A DNA stretch of 64,000 nt from Marinicella sp. (GTDB lineage Bacteria > Pseudomonadota > Gammaproteobacteria > Xanthomonadales > Marinicellaceae): contig OZ246001.1 in assembly GCA_965230295.1 (NCBI GenBank), forward strand, positions 3,072,001-3,136,000, in the 5' to 3' direction. A program made the translations under genes and the position numbers. The notes under the pieces are model-generated. The model was not told the DNA's origin. It worked only from the letters and a program-made list of their open reading frames with translations, and did not search any database. Position 1 is the stretch's first letter. Every line of letters begins with the position of its first letter. This document shows positions 1 through 9,957 of the stretch, in pieces.

Positions 1-1175
1 TCGGCTTTGATGTCTTCGGCGTCGTACTGGGCCGCTTTGACCAAGGCAGAAAAGTTTTTGTTGAGTTTCCTGGCCACCGAAAAGTCCAGTTCGCTGCCAA
101 AATCACCGGTGCCACTTTCGGCATCAAACTGGTGGTATTTGACCATCCACTTGAAGCCTTCAATGTTGCCTTTGGCGCCGACGAATGTGTCTTCTAAACC
201 TTGGTTGGGTGTGGCCAGGAACTGATCTGCCCAACCGTTGAAGGCGTGCAAGGTAGCCAATGGTGTGCGGAATGCAGCACCAGCCAAAGCATCATCACCT
301 TCCAGCACTTCATAACCACCAAAGAAAGTCATTTGTTCAAAGGCCAAGCCTAAATCCAGCCGCATATAATTGGCGTCATAATTGACCGGGTTGTTGTGGG
401 CATCTGACTGAGCAGCCAATTCAGCACCAAAAGTCATTTTATTTTCACCGATGGGCCAATGGGTTTTGAATGAGGCACCGAAAGTGGCGGTTGAAAAAGC
501 GGCCGCATCTTGATTGTCGATGTTGTAGTAATAAACGGTTAATTTGTGCCGATCTTGCCATTTGTTCGACCAATTCGCTAAAAAGCTTTGGTTGTCATGG
601 CCACCAGCTGCCACATCATCACCAAATATGCGGTTGATGTTTTCAATGTATGACAAAAACAATTTGCTGCCAGCAATTTGGGTATCAAATGACACCGCAT
701 CATAAGTTTGTTCATTTTGGCGCCAGCCCACACCGCCAACAAATCTTTGATTGTCCAACAAAATGCGTTGACGACCGAACTTCAGATGACTGTTGTCATT
801 GAAGGCATAGTTAAACCACGCCTGGTTGATTTCGGTGCCTGTGGGGTCAGCCACTACGGGGTATTGGCCATTGTTGGGTGTGTTACCCGCACCGGCATTG
901 TAGTTATCTCCGAACACTTCCATCACGTTATCGGCTTCGATGAAGAGCTTCCAGCCTTTATAAGCCTCAGTGGTGTAGTTCAAACGGGTACGCAAAGTCG
1001 AGGCATTGGCATCACGATTAAAATTATCCTGATCAACCATTTCAAATCGATAACGGAAAGACAAATTGGCATCGCCATTGCTGAAGGCATCAGATAATGT
1101 ATCAGCTGATAAAACAGGAGTAGAGAGGACACTCATACCCAGTGCCGATAGTAAGATGAGGTTGTGTTTTTTCAT
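1..1175 (-). CDS. Alginate-export-family outer-membrane beta-barrel protein (3' end outside window)
   Basis: Hand translation from ATG 1175: MKKHNLILLSALGMSVLSTPVLSA signal peptide, then SFRYRFEMVDQD...ASTLRTRLNY...YPVVADPTGTEINQAW. GGAG RBS upstream. Missing from the ORF track because it runs off the window edge. Confidence 0.8.
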   Translation of the reverse strand, partial: MKKHNLILLSALGMSVLSTPVLSADTLSDAFSNGDANLSFRYRFEMVDQDNFNRDANASTLRTRLNYTTEAYKGWKLFIEADNVMEVFGDNYNAGAGNTPNNGQYPVVADPTGTEINQAWFNYAFNDNSHLKFGRQRILLDNQRFVGGVGWRQNEQTYDAVSFDTQIAGSKLFLSYIENINRIFGDDVAAGGHDNQSFLANWSNKWQDRHKLTVYYYNIDNQDAAAFSTATFGASFKTHWPIGENKMTFGAELAAQSDAHNNPVNYDANYMRLDLGLAFEQMTFFGGYEVLEGDDALAGAAFRTPLATLHAFNGWADQFLATPNQGLEDTFVGAKGNIEGFKWMVKYHQFDAESGTGDFGSELDFSVARKLNKNFSALVKAAQYDAEDIKA

Positions 1176-1232
1176 ATTATTCTCCAGGTAACACTTTTAC
1201 GGGAAAGTTTAATGATTGGTAAAAATTCATCA

Positions 1233-1246
1233 TTGACTTAAATCAA
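1233..1246. promoter_or_regulatory. FNR/DNR-type box upstream of the porin gene
   Basis: TTGACttaaATCAA, one mismatch to TTGAT-N4-ATCAA. A minus-strand TAAACT -10 lies near 1206-1211, fitting class II spacing. Confidence 0.55.
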
Positions 1247-1381
1247 TTCCTAGCAAAAATTAACACATGAAAAACTCATCCGAATCAATCAGCACATTAA
1301 CCAGCCCGGACCCCCAAAGTTCCACATGACAAAGTGTGGATTAATCGTTATGATTACGCTTTTTTCAGGGAAAATTTAAAC

Positions 1382-1714
1382 ATGAGAAAGACTATATTTT
1401 TGTTGGGTATGTTGTTAGTTACACCTTTGTGGTCGGCTGAGTTTGCAGCTGAACTCAAAGCCGAATCATTGGAAGGTGCCTGGTTGATCGTCAGCATGGC
1501 CGGTATGGCCGATGATGAAGGTGACATGTGGGAATTTGAGAACGGCTTGTTCTACCAAAATTTGGGTGGTCGTCGCATTGCTCCGGATAAATACACTGTT
1601 CAAGGGGATGTGGTGGATCTCGATGGTTATCATTTCAAAGTTTTGGCCTTCGATGGCAAGACCATGAAAGCGGACATGGCTGGATTTGTCTATGAGTTGA
1701 AGAAAAATAATTAA
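1382..1714 (+). CDS. Secreted small beta-barrel (lipocalin-like) hypothetical protein
   Basis: Signal peptide MRKTIFLLGMLLVTPLWSA and a LEGAWLIV motif. ATG 1382 preferred over the 1334 start. Confidence 0.65.
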   Translation: MRKTIFLLGMLLVTPLWSAEFAAELKAESLEGAWLIVSMAGMADDEGDMWEFENGLFYQNLGGRRIAPDKYTVQGDVVDLDGYHFKVLAFDGKTMKADMAGFVYELKKNN

Positions 1715-1861
1715 GAATGTTCTTGGGGCTTCATTCACTTTTGTTTCAGACAAAAGTGAAAGCGACCACGGCGAACATGGCATTGTGCCTCATGCACGTA
1801 GCCTCTGATTCGCAAGGCTCACCAACCGGCTCCGGCGGTTTAAGCTGCAGAGCAGCTTTCT
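1714..1861 (-). repeat. Modular hairpin repeat element, copy 1 (short form)
   Basis: GAATGTTCTTGGGGCTTCATTCACTTTT...AAGCTGCAGAGCAGCTTTC. Colinear with 30496-30641 and homologous to 5289-5491 and 19196-19549. Confidence 0.85.
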
Positions 1862-1871
1862 TAGAAATCGA

Positions 1872-1885
1872 TACATTTAGTTACA
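1872..1885 (+). promoter_or_regulatory. RstA-box-like direct repeat upstream of the MipA operon
   Basis: TACATTTAGTTACA is an exact fit to TACATNTNGTTACA. Confidence 0.65.
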
Positions 1886-1945
1886 TATTGGCATCTTGGG
1901 ATCAGTCCCGATATACTTCAGGTTCAGAAATAACTTTCAATTAAC

Positions 1946-2818
1946 ATGAATAACTACCTTAAAGCTTGGCTGTTGATATCTGCTTTGTGGCTGACATCCG
2001 GCTATAGTGAAGAAACGGAACAGGTCGATCGCTTCTGGGATTTTGGCATTGGCATAGGTTTTGGTAAACAATCCAACCCTTTTCTTGGTTCTGACAGTGT
2101 TCCCGGCTATATCACCTTGGATCTGGCCTTGTATGGAGACAGGTTCTTTTTTGATAACGGAGAGTTTGGCTTCACTGTCATTGATAAACCCAACTTTGGC
2201 TTCAATCTATTGGCCAATTACAGCAGTGAGCGGATCTATTATTCATATTTCAATGATTTGGAATTGTTCAGTTCAACCAATGCAATAGGTGGTGCTGGTA
2301 GCAGTGTATCTGTGGTTCCACTGGATCGTTTTAATGGTACGCCCTCACCCAACCCAGGTACCGAAGTGACACAATTAAACTTGTCTGATCGCGATTTTTC
2401 GATCAATGTGGGTTTGGAAGTGCTCTGGGGTACCCCCAAAGGGCAATTGCAATGGCAGATCTTTCAGGATGTTTCAAATACACATGACGGCTTACAAATG
2501 GAATTAGATTTCAGTCATACCTGGGCCAAAGGCCGGTGGGCGTTCAAGCCAAATGTGGGCTTGAGTTGGAAGTCCGCAGATTTGGTGGATTATTATTATG
2601 GAATAGACCGCTCATCTTCGACAACCGGGATCAGCTATGAAGGCAAACAGACCACCCATGTCAATGTAGGCGGATTGATCAGTTATCGAATCAATAATAA
2701 CCTCAGTTATGTCAATCAATTCAAATACACTTTTTTAGGTGATGCGGTGCGAAACAGTCCATTGATTGATGAAGACCGTACCCTGTCATATTTTTCTGGT
2801 GTTTTTTACAGTTTCTAG
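1946..2818 (+). CDS. MipA/OmpV family outer-membrane protein
   Basis: Signal peptide, DYYYGI and SPLIDE motifs, C-terminal YSF. Confidence 0.85.
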   Translation: MNNYLKAWLLISALWLTSGYSEETEQVDRFWDFGIGIGFGKQSNPFLGSDSVPGYITLDLALYGDRFFFDNGEFGFTVIDKPNFGFNLLANYSSERIYYSYFNDLELFSSTNAIGGAGSSVSVVPLDRFNGTPSPNPGTEVTQLNLSDRDFSINVGLEVLWGTPKGQLQWQIFQDVSNTHDGLQMELDFSHTWAKGRWAFKPNVGLSWKSADLVDYYYGIDRSSSTTGISYEGKQTTHVNVGGLISYRINNNLSYVNQFKYTFLGDAVRNSPLIDEDRTLSYFSGVFYSF

Positions 2819-2825
2819 GTGAACG

Positions 2826-3260
2826 ATGCATAAAGTCATGATCTACACAGGGATGTTGGTATTGATACTTTTGATTCCTGACCCTTCATTTGCTGTGCAA
2901 CCTGAATCAAATGAAAGCATTGAAGACGTTAAATTAATCATAAGACCTCACATTTGCATTGCCCCCAGAGGACAAACCAGTTGTATCAGTCGCATTGAAG
3001 TGCTTTGGGAAAGTCCTTCGTTGTTGGATGTTTGCTTATACAGCAGCTTGGCCCAGGAACAACTACAGTGTTGGGAACAGGCTCAATCCGGGAACTATGA
3101 GCACAAAGTAACGATCATCAGTGACCTGGAGTATTGGCTCACCCCATTTGATCAACAACTTAAGCTCGCACATTCATTGGTGAAATTTGTTGCGCTTAAA
3201 CCGCATCGTAAGTACAACCGCCGCAGAAATCACTTGCCATGGAGTATTCAGTCATTATGA
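2826..3260 (+). CDS. DUF3019-like exported protein
   Basis: P-x-x-C-I...C...W...C-L...C-W pattern, basic C-terminus RRRNHLPWS, located between MipA and the response regulator. Confidence 0.7.
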   Translation: MHKVMIYTGMLVLILLIPDPSFAVQPESNESIEDVKLIIRPHICIAPRGQTSCISRIEVLWESPSLLDVCLYSSLAQEQLQCWEQAQSGNYEHKVTIISDLEYWLTPFDQQLKLAHSLVKFVALKPHRKYNRRRNHLPWSIQSL

Positions 3261-3961
3261 ACAAAGAACCTAAATTATTGATTGTTGAGGATGATGAGCG
3301 GCTGGCTTCCTTGGTAGAAACTTATTTTTCACGAGCCGGGTTCATCACTCAAGTGGTTGGTTGTGGTGAAAATGCCATCACGGCTTGTCAGGATAACTTA
3401 CCAGATTTGGTGATTTTGGACTTGATGTTACCTGATATGGATGGCATCACTGTGTTGCGGCAAATACGTAAGTTCTATGCAGGAAAAGTTTTGATGTTGA
3501 CTGCTTCAGGCAGTGACATTGATCAAGTGATGGGTTTTGAAACCGGTGCAGATGACTATGTGATTAAACCAGTAGAGCCCAGGGTGCTGTTGGCGCGTGT
3601 CAATTCACTGTTGAAACGTCGCGCCATCGACAAACAACACAACGAGCACCAAATGGTGTTTGGCACAATGACCATTGACAACCAATCCAAGACGGTCCAG
3701 TTGAACAACCAGGACGTCAATCTGACCACCCACGAATTCGACTTGTTGTTTCTTTTGGCCAGTCATGCCGGAACCGTACTGACACGGGATGATATATATT
3801 CTAAGTTGCGTGGCTTAGATTATGATGGAACAGATCGAGCCGTTGATATCAAGATATCACGCTTGCGTAAGAAACTCGGCGATGATGCCAATGAACCACA
3901 AAGGATTAAGACCATCTGGGGCAAAGGATATTTGTTTGTGCCCACAGCATGGACTTCTTGA
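3257..3961 (+). CDS. OmpR-family response regulator (RstA-like)
   Basis: Receiver domain VEDD/LDLMLP/KP and winged helix DRAVDIKISRLRKKL..IKTIWGKGY. ATGA overlap with the upstream stop. Confidence 0.9.
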   Translation: MNKEPKLLIVEDDERLASLVETYFSRAGFITQVVGCGENAITACQDNLPDLVILDLMLPDMDGITVLRQIRKFYAGKVLMLTASGSDIDQVMGFETGADDYVIKPVEPRVLLARVNSLLKRRAIDKQHNEHQMVFGTMTIDNQSKTVQLNNQDVNLTTHEFDLLFLLASHAGTVLTRDDIYSKLRGLDYDGTDRAVDIKISRLRKKLGDDANEPQRIKTIWGKGYLFVPTAWTS

Positions 3962-5268
3962 TGAATCAACCAGAAAAAGCCGCCCAATTTTCCAACCGAA
4001 TTTTCACCCGTTTTTATGTGGTGATCGTGATCACCCTCATTGTTTTGGGGTCATCGTTGGAGTATATCCTCAATCAAATGGATCAGTCCGATGCACTCGA
4101 AGACATCAAGCGAACCAATCAGCCCACATTTGACCTCATCAGTTATGCGCTGCAAAAGGGTGATGAAAGTCAATGGGATGAACTTTTGGTGGAATTACAA
4201 AACCAGGTGGAAGTGCCATTGATGTTGATGCAATTGGCTGATTTTGCTGCCGATGAATGGACATCTGAAAAGCTCAGCAGTGGCGATATGTTGGCTTTGT
4301 TTGATGTCAATGACAATTTAACTTTGTACCAGCGAATGGGAGACACCGATGCCGTTTTGGCCATCGAAGCCCAATTGTTGGAGGTTAAAGATCAAAAGGC
4401 TTGGGTCCTCCCGGTTTTTTATTTGTTGTTGGCGGTGGTGCTTTACAGTTTGATCAGACCCTTTGCCAATCAATTGTTTCAATTGAAAAAAGCGGCCGTT
4501 GATTTGGGCTCAGGAGATTTTTCTGCCCGTGTTGAAGTGCCTGCCAGTACCACGCTGGCCCCAATTGCTGATGCTTTCAACACCATGACTCATAAAATCA
4601 AACACCTGATGCTGACGCAAAGGGATTTGGTTAATTCAGTGTCTCATGAATTACGCACACCCTTGGCCAGGCTCAAATTCAGCTTTGAAGAATTGGCTTC
4701 TATTGAAGACGAGCAGACCCTCAATCAAACCATCACTGGCATGAAAGCTGATGTCAGTGAATTGGAATTATTGATTGATGAAATGCTACGGTATGCAGAA
4801 GTGAACCAAATAAAGTCTTTTGTAAAGAAATCTGTGAACATAAATTTGATGTTTAAGGAATTGGTCAACATTTATGAAAACCCCAACATCAGCCTGACCA
4901 CAGAAATCAGTTCCGACATCACACCAGATGCCCAGTTGCCATGTCACGAACTATCGATGAATCGTGCTTTTTCTAATGTCATCAGGAATGCCATCAGCTT
5001 TGCCAAAGCTCAGTGCATCATCCGGGTACAACAAGAAGCTGATAACTTATTGGTTGATATTTGTGATGATGGTGTGGGGCTTGGAGGTGTCAATTTAGAC
5101 AGGATATTTGAACCTTTTTTCAAAGTGGCCAACAAACATCGCAAGGCAGGGTATGGGTTGGGGCTGTCAATTGCCCACACCATTGCCAAGAAACACCAAG
5201 GTACCTTAGAAGTCATTGATGGTCCTTTGTCTGGAGCCTGCTTTCGATTTGTGATTCCGCTTCAGTAA
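3961..5268 (+). CDS. Sensor histidine kinase (RstB-like)
   Basis: Two TM segments, HAMP, SHELRTPLARL H-box, and N, G1, F, G2 boxes. Confidence 0.9.
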   Translation: MNQPEKAAQFSNRIFTRFYVVIVITLIVLGSSLEYILNQMDQSDALEDIKRTNQPTFDLISYALQKGDESQWDELLVELQNQVEVPLMLMQLADFAADEWTSEKLSSGDMLALFDVNDNLTLYQRMGDTDAVLAIEAQLLEVKDQKAWVLPVFYLLLAVVLYSLIRPFANQLFQLKKAAVDLGSGDFSARVEVPASTTLAPIADAFNTMTHKIKHLMLTQRDLVNSVSHELRTPLARLKFSFEELASIEDEQTLNQTITGMKADVSELELLIDEMLRYAEVNQIKSFVKKSVNINLMFKELVNIYENPNISLTTEISSDITPDAQLPCHELSMNRAFSNVIRNAISFAKAQCIIRVQQEADNLLVDICDDGVGLGGVNLDRIFEPFFKVANKHRKAGYGLGLSIAHTIAKKHQGTLEVIDGPLSGACFRFVIPLQ

Positions 5269-5288
5269 TCAAAACCAACCAGAAACAA

Positions 5289-5491
5289 GGAATGCTATAT
5301 TACAGCTTGACCTGTCGAGCCGGTTAGGCAGCGCAGGTGATGAAAGGTTGGCGGTTTCATCGAAGATGAAGAAGCCTACCTAGAATGCCGTAGCGCGTGC
5401 ATGCAATCATGGCGGTTTGAAGAAGTCAATAAGCCTTGATGAAATGAGTGATTAGCCGTGAGCTTTTGTTATAGCGCCCCAAGAACATTCC
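5289..5491 (+). repeat. Modular hairpin repeat element, copy 2
   Basis: GGAATG...CAGCTTGACCTGTCGAGCCGGTT at the left end and GCCCCAAGAACATTCC at the right end, with extra internal hairpins. Confidence 0.8.
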
Positions 5492-5496
5492 ATTGT

Positions 5497-5510
5497 TACA
5501 TTCGGTTACA
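5497..5510 (+). promoter_or_regulatory. RstA-box-like direct repeat upstream of the SIMPL gene
   Basis: TACATTCGGTTACA, one mismatch to consensus; GTTACATT repeats with 10-bp period. Confidence 0.55.
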
Positions 5511-5597
5511 TTTTCAAACATTTGTGCTACATCATTTTTGATTCGCTTCCCCTATACTTTGTTTTGTACTCATTAGAGCACGGAGTTTTAAGGAGAA

Positions 5598-6296
5598 ATG
5601 GTTATGAACACATCACCCCGAAAATTAATCGCTTTATTCGCCTTGATTGCATGTGGTTCCCTACATGCCCAGCAAACGGAAAACATCATTGTTGTGCAAG
5701 GGGTCGGAGCTGTGACCATAACCAATGCTGAAGGAAGGATAAATGCTTCAGTGAGTACCCTAAATCAAGATGCTGAAGTGGCCTTGAGTAACAACAATGC
5801 CATCGTCAGTAATATCGTAAGCGAATTGAATGGTGTGGGCATATCACCGGATGATATCAGCACCAATCGATTTGATTTTTACCCCGAATACCGCTGGTCA
5901 GAAGGTCAGCAAGTATTTGAAGGCTATGCTGTGACCAATGGGATTTCTATCCTGGTCAAAGAAGTGGCCGCCATGGGGGCGATCTTGAATTTACTGGTTG
6001 ATGCCGGAGCCAGCCGTATCAATTCGGTTGGGTTTGGTTCGTCAAACTTAGCAGAGGTCAGGAAGCAGGCCTTAGAAAAAGCCACGGAAGATGCATTGAC
6101 CAAAGCCACTATTTTGGCCAATGCCAACGGTGTGAATTTAGGGAAAGTGATTCAGGTAAAACTGTCATCACAGAATTCAGTGCTCAATCAAACATCCAGC
6201 AACGGTGGTGTTTCAGCGGCCAGTCCTGTACCTATTTCGCCGGGTCAGAACACCATAACTGAAAAATTAACTGTGACTTATGAATTGATTGATTAG
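5598..6296 (+). CDS. SIMPL/DUF541 (BP26-like) periplasmic protein
   Basis: Signal peptide, VQGVGAV, GYAVTNGISI, A..KA.ILA...GV.LGKV, PISPG.....VTYEL. Confidence 0.85.
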   Translation: MVMNTSPRKLIALFALIACGSLHAQQTENIIVVQGVGAVTITNAEGRINASVSTLNQDAEVALSNNNAIVSNIVSELNGVGISPDDISTNRFDFYPEYRWSEGQQVFEGYAVTNGISILVKEVAAMGAILNLLVDAGASRINSVGFGSSNLAEVRKQALEKATEDALTKATILANANGVNLGKVIQVKLSSQNSVLNQTSSNGGVSAASPVPISPGQNTITEKLTVTYELID

Positions 6297-6350
6297 GAGA
6301 TAAATATATCAGTGGAGAAAACGTCAACCCTTTCTTTCTCTTTTTGTTTC

Positions 6351-6378
6351 AGGGCAATTTAAAATTGCCCTTTTTTTT
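6351..6378 (+). terminator. Rho-independent terminator
   Basis: AGGGCAATTT-A-AAATTGCCCT followed by a T-run. Confidence 0.8.
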
Positions 6379-6420
6379 GGTCAGCTAGTATGTGCATTTG
6401 TTTGGAAAACCTCTCCTGTT

Positions 6421-6666
6421 GTCATTTTTTGGCTTCTTTAAAGTACTTATTTTTGGTGACCAAAGAATCCAAGCAGTTGAGTTTTTCAATCTAAGATTTA
6501 TTCGTTTTAAGAAATTATGGATGACAACTGATTTTAAATGACAATACTGGTAAACCCAATTTAACGTTTGTTCGTATCAGATGAATAAGAAATTTTAGGC
6601 ATACATCATGGCCTAAGAATTTGAGACATCACGTACCTGGATCCTGCGGTCAAGCAGCAGGATGAC
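6421..6666 (+). mobile_element. Internally deleted non-autonomous copy of the REP-GIY-YIG-REP element
   Basis: Aligns with 9958-10130 (left REP, leader, first GIY-YIG codons) and then with about 10418-10460 (right REP). Confidence 0.8.
6581..6616 (+). pseudogene. 5' remnant of the GIY-YIG nuclease gene
   Basis: ATG AAT AAG AAA TTT TAG GCA TAC ATC ATG GCC TAA = MNKKF*AYIMA*, versus MKKEFYVYIMAS at 10096. Confidence 0.75.
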
Positions 6667-6704
6667 GAGTATGAGAATTCTTTATAAAATTTGAAATAGC
6701 TTCA

Positions 6705-8084
6705 TCAACATTCAATGATGTTAACTGCCAGTCCGCCACGTGACGTTTCTTTATAGTGTTCCTTCATGTCATCACCGGTTTCTTTCATGGTTTTGATGAC
6801 TTTATCTAATGATACAGTATGGCTACCGTCATTGCGGTCTGCCATTCGTACCGCATTGATGGATTTGATGGAACCCATGGCGTTGCGCTCAATACAAGGA
6901 ATCTGCACCAAGCCACCGATGGGGTCACAAGTCAGTCCCAGGTTATGTTCCATGGCAATCTCGGCAGCATTTTCCACTTCGTCAGGGCTTAAATTCAAAG
7001 CGGCGGCCAAGCCAGCTGCAGCCATTGAAGAGGCCACGCCGACTTCACCCTGACAGCCCACTTCAGCTCCGGAAATAGATGCTTTGGTTTTATACAGAAT
7101 ACCGACGGCTGCTGCTGTGAGTAGAAAGTTTCTGATGCCCTGCAGGTCGCTGTCGGGGACAAACTCTTTGTAATAGTGTAAGACGGCCGGAATGATGCCT
7201 GCTGCGCCGTTAGTTGGGGCGGTTACCACGCGACCACCGGCGGCGTTTTCCTCACTGACAGCCAGTGCGTACATATTGACCCAGTCCAGAACAGTCAGTG
7301 GATCGGCCAGGTCTTTCTCAGATCGCTTGTCTAAATCACGAAATATTTTTGGTGCCCGACGTGCCACTTTCAAGCCACCTGGTAATACGCCATCTGCTTT
7401 GATGCCGCGTTTAACACAGGCCTCCATGGCTTCCCAGATGGTGTCTAGTTCTTGGTTGACTTGTTCAAGTGGTCGCCAGCTTTGTTCATTGGCATACATG
7501 ATTTCAGCAATGGTCATTTTGTGTTCATGACACAATTCAATCAACTCATCACCTGAGGTGAAGTGGTAGGGCAGTTTCGAATCATCCTCCATGATGTGCT
7601 GTTTGGCCAAATGGGTGTGTGACAGGATAAAGCCACCACCCACTGAGTAATAAGCTTTGCGCAACAGTTCATTGCCTTCATGGTCTTTTGCAGTGAATTG
7701 CATGCCGTTGGAGTGGAGTGGTAGCTTCTTGCGCTTGTGCCACACCAAATGTTTTTTTATCTTGAATTGTAAAGTCAATTCGTCATTGGCTTGGATCTGT
7801 TGGGTTTCTTCAACATCGTCCAACATTTTTTCAATCTTGTCCGGGTCAACCTGATCAGGTTCTTCCCCTAATAAACCCAAAATGATGGCTTTATCGGTGC
7901 CATGACCTCGACCTGTGTGACTCAGTGAACCATACAGTTCGGTGGTGATGCTGTGGGTGCGTTCTTGTAGTTGGTGAGACATGATTTGAGCAATGAACAT
8001 GTTGGCCGCTCTCATGGGGCCGACGGTGTGTGAACTGGAAGGACCGATACCAATTTTAAAGAGGTCAAATACACTGACTGCCAT
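6705..8084 (-). CDS. sdaA: L-serine ammonia-lyase (Fe-S dependent)
   Basis: [52 protein letters not shown]. Confidence 0.95.
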   Translation of the reverse strand: MAVSVFDLFKIGIGPSSSHTVGPMRAANMFIAQIMSHQLQERTHSITTELYGSLSHTGRGHGTDKAIILGLLGEEPDQVDPDKIEKMLDDVEETQQIQANDELTLQFKIKKHLVWHKRKKLPLHSNGMQFTAKDHEGNELLRKAYYSVGGGFILSHTHLAKQHIMEDDSKLPYHFTSGDELIELCHEHKMTIAEIMYANEQSWRPLEQVNQELDTIWEAMEACVKRGIKADGVLPGGLKVARRAPKIFRDLDKRSEKDLADPLTVLDWVNMYALAVSEENAAGGRVVTAPTNGAAGIIPAVLHYYKEFVPDSDLQGIRNFLLTAAAVGILYKTKASISGAEVGCQGEVGVASSMAAAGLAAALNLSPDEVENAAEIAMEHNLGLTCDPIGGLVQIPCIERNAMGSIKSINAVRMADRNDGSHTVSLDKVIKTMKETGDDMKEHYKETSRGGLAVNIIEC

Positions 8085-8098
8085 GATAAACTACGCGC

Positions 8099-8332
8099 AT
8101 GAAAAAACTGAAATTATACAGCAGAATTGAGTGCCCGTTGTGTGAGTATGCAGAAGAGTTATTGCTTGAGGGTGGTATAACTTACGAAACCGTAGACATC
8201 GATGATTCTGAACAATTAACCCGTCAATACCACGTCAAAATTCCTGTTTTGGCCAATGAGTCTGATGAGTTGAATTGGCCCTTTACCCTTGAACAAGCTC
8301 AAGTTTTGTTACAGGAGCTTGATAATGGCTAA
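8099..8332 (+). CDS. Glutaredoxin-like protein (DUF836)
   Basis: CPLC motif, IPVL, C-terminal WPF. Confidence 0.85.
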   Translation: MKKLKLYSRIECPLCEYAEELLLEGGITYETVDIDDSEQLTRQYHVKIPVLANESDELNWPFTLEQAQVLLQELDNG

Positions 8333-9689
8333 AGCCAAAACCCAATTTGTATGTAATTTGTGCGGCCATAGTACCTCGAAATGGTCGGGTCAATGTGTGG
8401 CTTGTAAAGAATGGAATTGTATCGATGAGATTAAAATCCAGCCCACCACCTCTGGCGCCAAGGTCAATCGATATGCCAATTACTCAGGTGACTCATCTAT
8501 TCAGAAGCTGGGAAAGATCAGTACCAAGCAACAGCAGCGCACCTCATCACACATCAAGGAATTGGATCGTGTTCTGGGCGGCGGTATTGTCCCTGGTTCG
8601 GTGATTTTACTGGGTGGTGATCCAGGCATTGGTAAATCAACTTTGATGCTGCAAGTGTCAGCACAAATTGCTGAAGTCATTACACCTTTGTATGTGACCG
8701 GTGAGGAATCATTGTCCCAAATTGCCATGCGGGCGTCACGCCTGGGCCTGCGAGCCGATGATTTAGACTGTATGGCAGAAACATCGGTGGAAGCCATCAT
8801 TGCCACTACTTTACAAAAAAAACCTGATTTGGTGGTGATTGATTCCATTCAGACATTATTCAGTGAACAACTCACTGCCATACCTGGCTCAGTCTCTCAG
8901 GTCAAAGAGGCCGCAGCCCAATTGGTCCGCATGGCCAAACAAAGCAAAATAACCGTCATTTTGGTGGGTCATGTCACCAAAGACGGTGCCATCGCTGGCC
9001 CCAGGATGTTGGAGCACATGGTGGATACCGTGTTGTATTTTGAGTCAGATGGCAACAGCCGATATCGGGTATTGCGTGCCTTGAAAAATCGTTTTGGTGC
9101 GGTGAATGAAATTGGGGTTTTTGCGATGACCGAAACCGGTGTAAAAGAAGTGGAGAACCCATCGGCGATTTTCTTGAGTGAGCGCCAAGCCGATAAAGCC
9201 GGTTCAGTGGTGATGTGTACCCGCGAAGGTACCAGGCCCTTGTTGGTAGAGATTCAGGCTTTAGTGGATCAAAGCCCTTTGGGTAACCCGCGTCGCTTAT
9301 CGGTGGGCCTGGAGCACAACCGCTTAGCCATGTTGTTGGCCGTGTTACACCGCATGTGTCACTTGGCCATCCATGACCATGATGTGTTTTTGAATGCAGT
9401 TGGCGGCATGAAAATCACCGAAACAGCGGCTGATTTGGCCATCATCATTGCCATCATTTCCAGTTTTAAAAACAGGTACTTGCCAGCAGGGACCATTGTT
9501 TTTGGTGAGGTGGGGCTGACTGGAGAGGTCAGACCTGTACACAATGGTGAAGACCGCCTCAAAGAAGCAGCCAACCACGGCTTCAAAACCGCCATCATCC
9601 CCAAAGGCAACGCGGGTAAATGGGTCAAAGATCTGAACATCAAAATCATCACCGTTGATCAGGTGAGTGAGGTGGTGGATTTGGTCTAG
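8325..9689 (+). CDS. radA: DNA repair protein RadA/Sms
   Basis: C4 zinc finger, GGDPGIGKST Walker A, KNRFG motif, Lon-like C-terminus. Start MAKAKT at 8325. Confidence 0.95.
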   Translation: MAKAKTQFVCNLCGHSTSKWSGQCVACKEWNCIDEIKIQPTTSGAKVNRYANYSGDSSIQKLGKISTKQQQRTSSHIKELDRVLGGGIVPGSVILLGGDPGIGKSTLMLQVSAQIAEVITPLYVTGEESLSQIAMRASRLGLRADDLDCMAETSVEAIIATTLQKKPDLVVIDSIQTLFSEQLTAIPGSVSQVKEAAAQLVRMAKQSKITVILVGHVTKDGAIAGPRMLEHMVDTVLYFESDGNSRYRVLRALKNRFGAVNEIGVFAMTETGVKEVENPSAIFLSERQADKAGSVVMCTREGTRPLLVEIQALVDQSPLGNPRRLSVGLEHNRLAMLLAVLHRMCHLAIHDHDVFLNAVGGMKITETAADLAIIIAIISSFKNRYLPAGTIVFGEVGLTGEVRPVHNGEDRLKEAANHGFKTAIIPKGNAGKWVKDLNIKIITVDQVSEVVDLV

Positions 9690-9692
9690 CCT

Positions 9693-9878
9693 GTCATCAT
9701 GAGCGCTGCACAGCGAAGTCGAATGATCTCCTGTATCCGAAATTGAGTTTAAAAACCATTACGTGAAATTCAGGAGATTGCCACGGTTTCTTCGAAACCT
9801 CGCAATGACAGTTTAAGAACGGTCATTGCGAGGGAGGAAAGACCGATGTTGTCATCATGAGCGCAGTCGAATGATCTC
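9693..9878. repeat. Cluster of GTCAT-initiated REP-like palindromes
   Basis: GTCATCATGAGCGC..GTCGAATGATCTC at 9693 and 9851; GAGATTGCCACG..CCTCGCAATGAC at 9774-9809; GTCATTGCGAGG at 9822. Confidence 0.8.
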
Positions 9879-9957
9879 TTGAAGCTGGGGTATATTTTCA
9901 ATTAAGCAATACGTGAAAATAAAATGATCTTACAAAACACACATTTTCTATCTAACC

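Noticed and set aside
708-1097. Plus-strand ORF of 129 aa (and ORF 7-225)
   Set aside because: Antisense shadows of the porin gene on the minus strand.
1717-1944. ORF 1717-1944 (also 19402-19623)
   Set aside because: They lie in copies of the repeat element and the frames are not conserved between copies.
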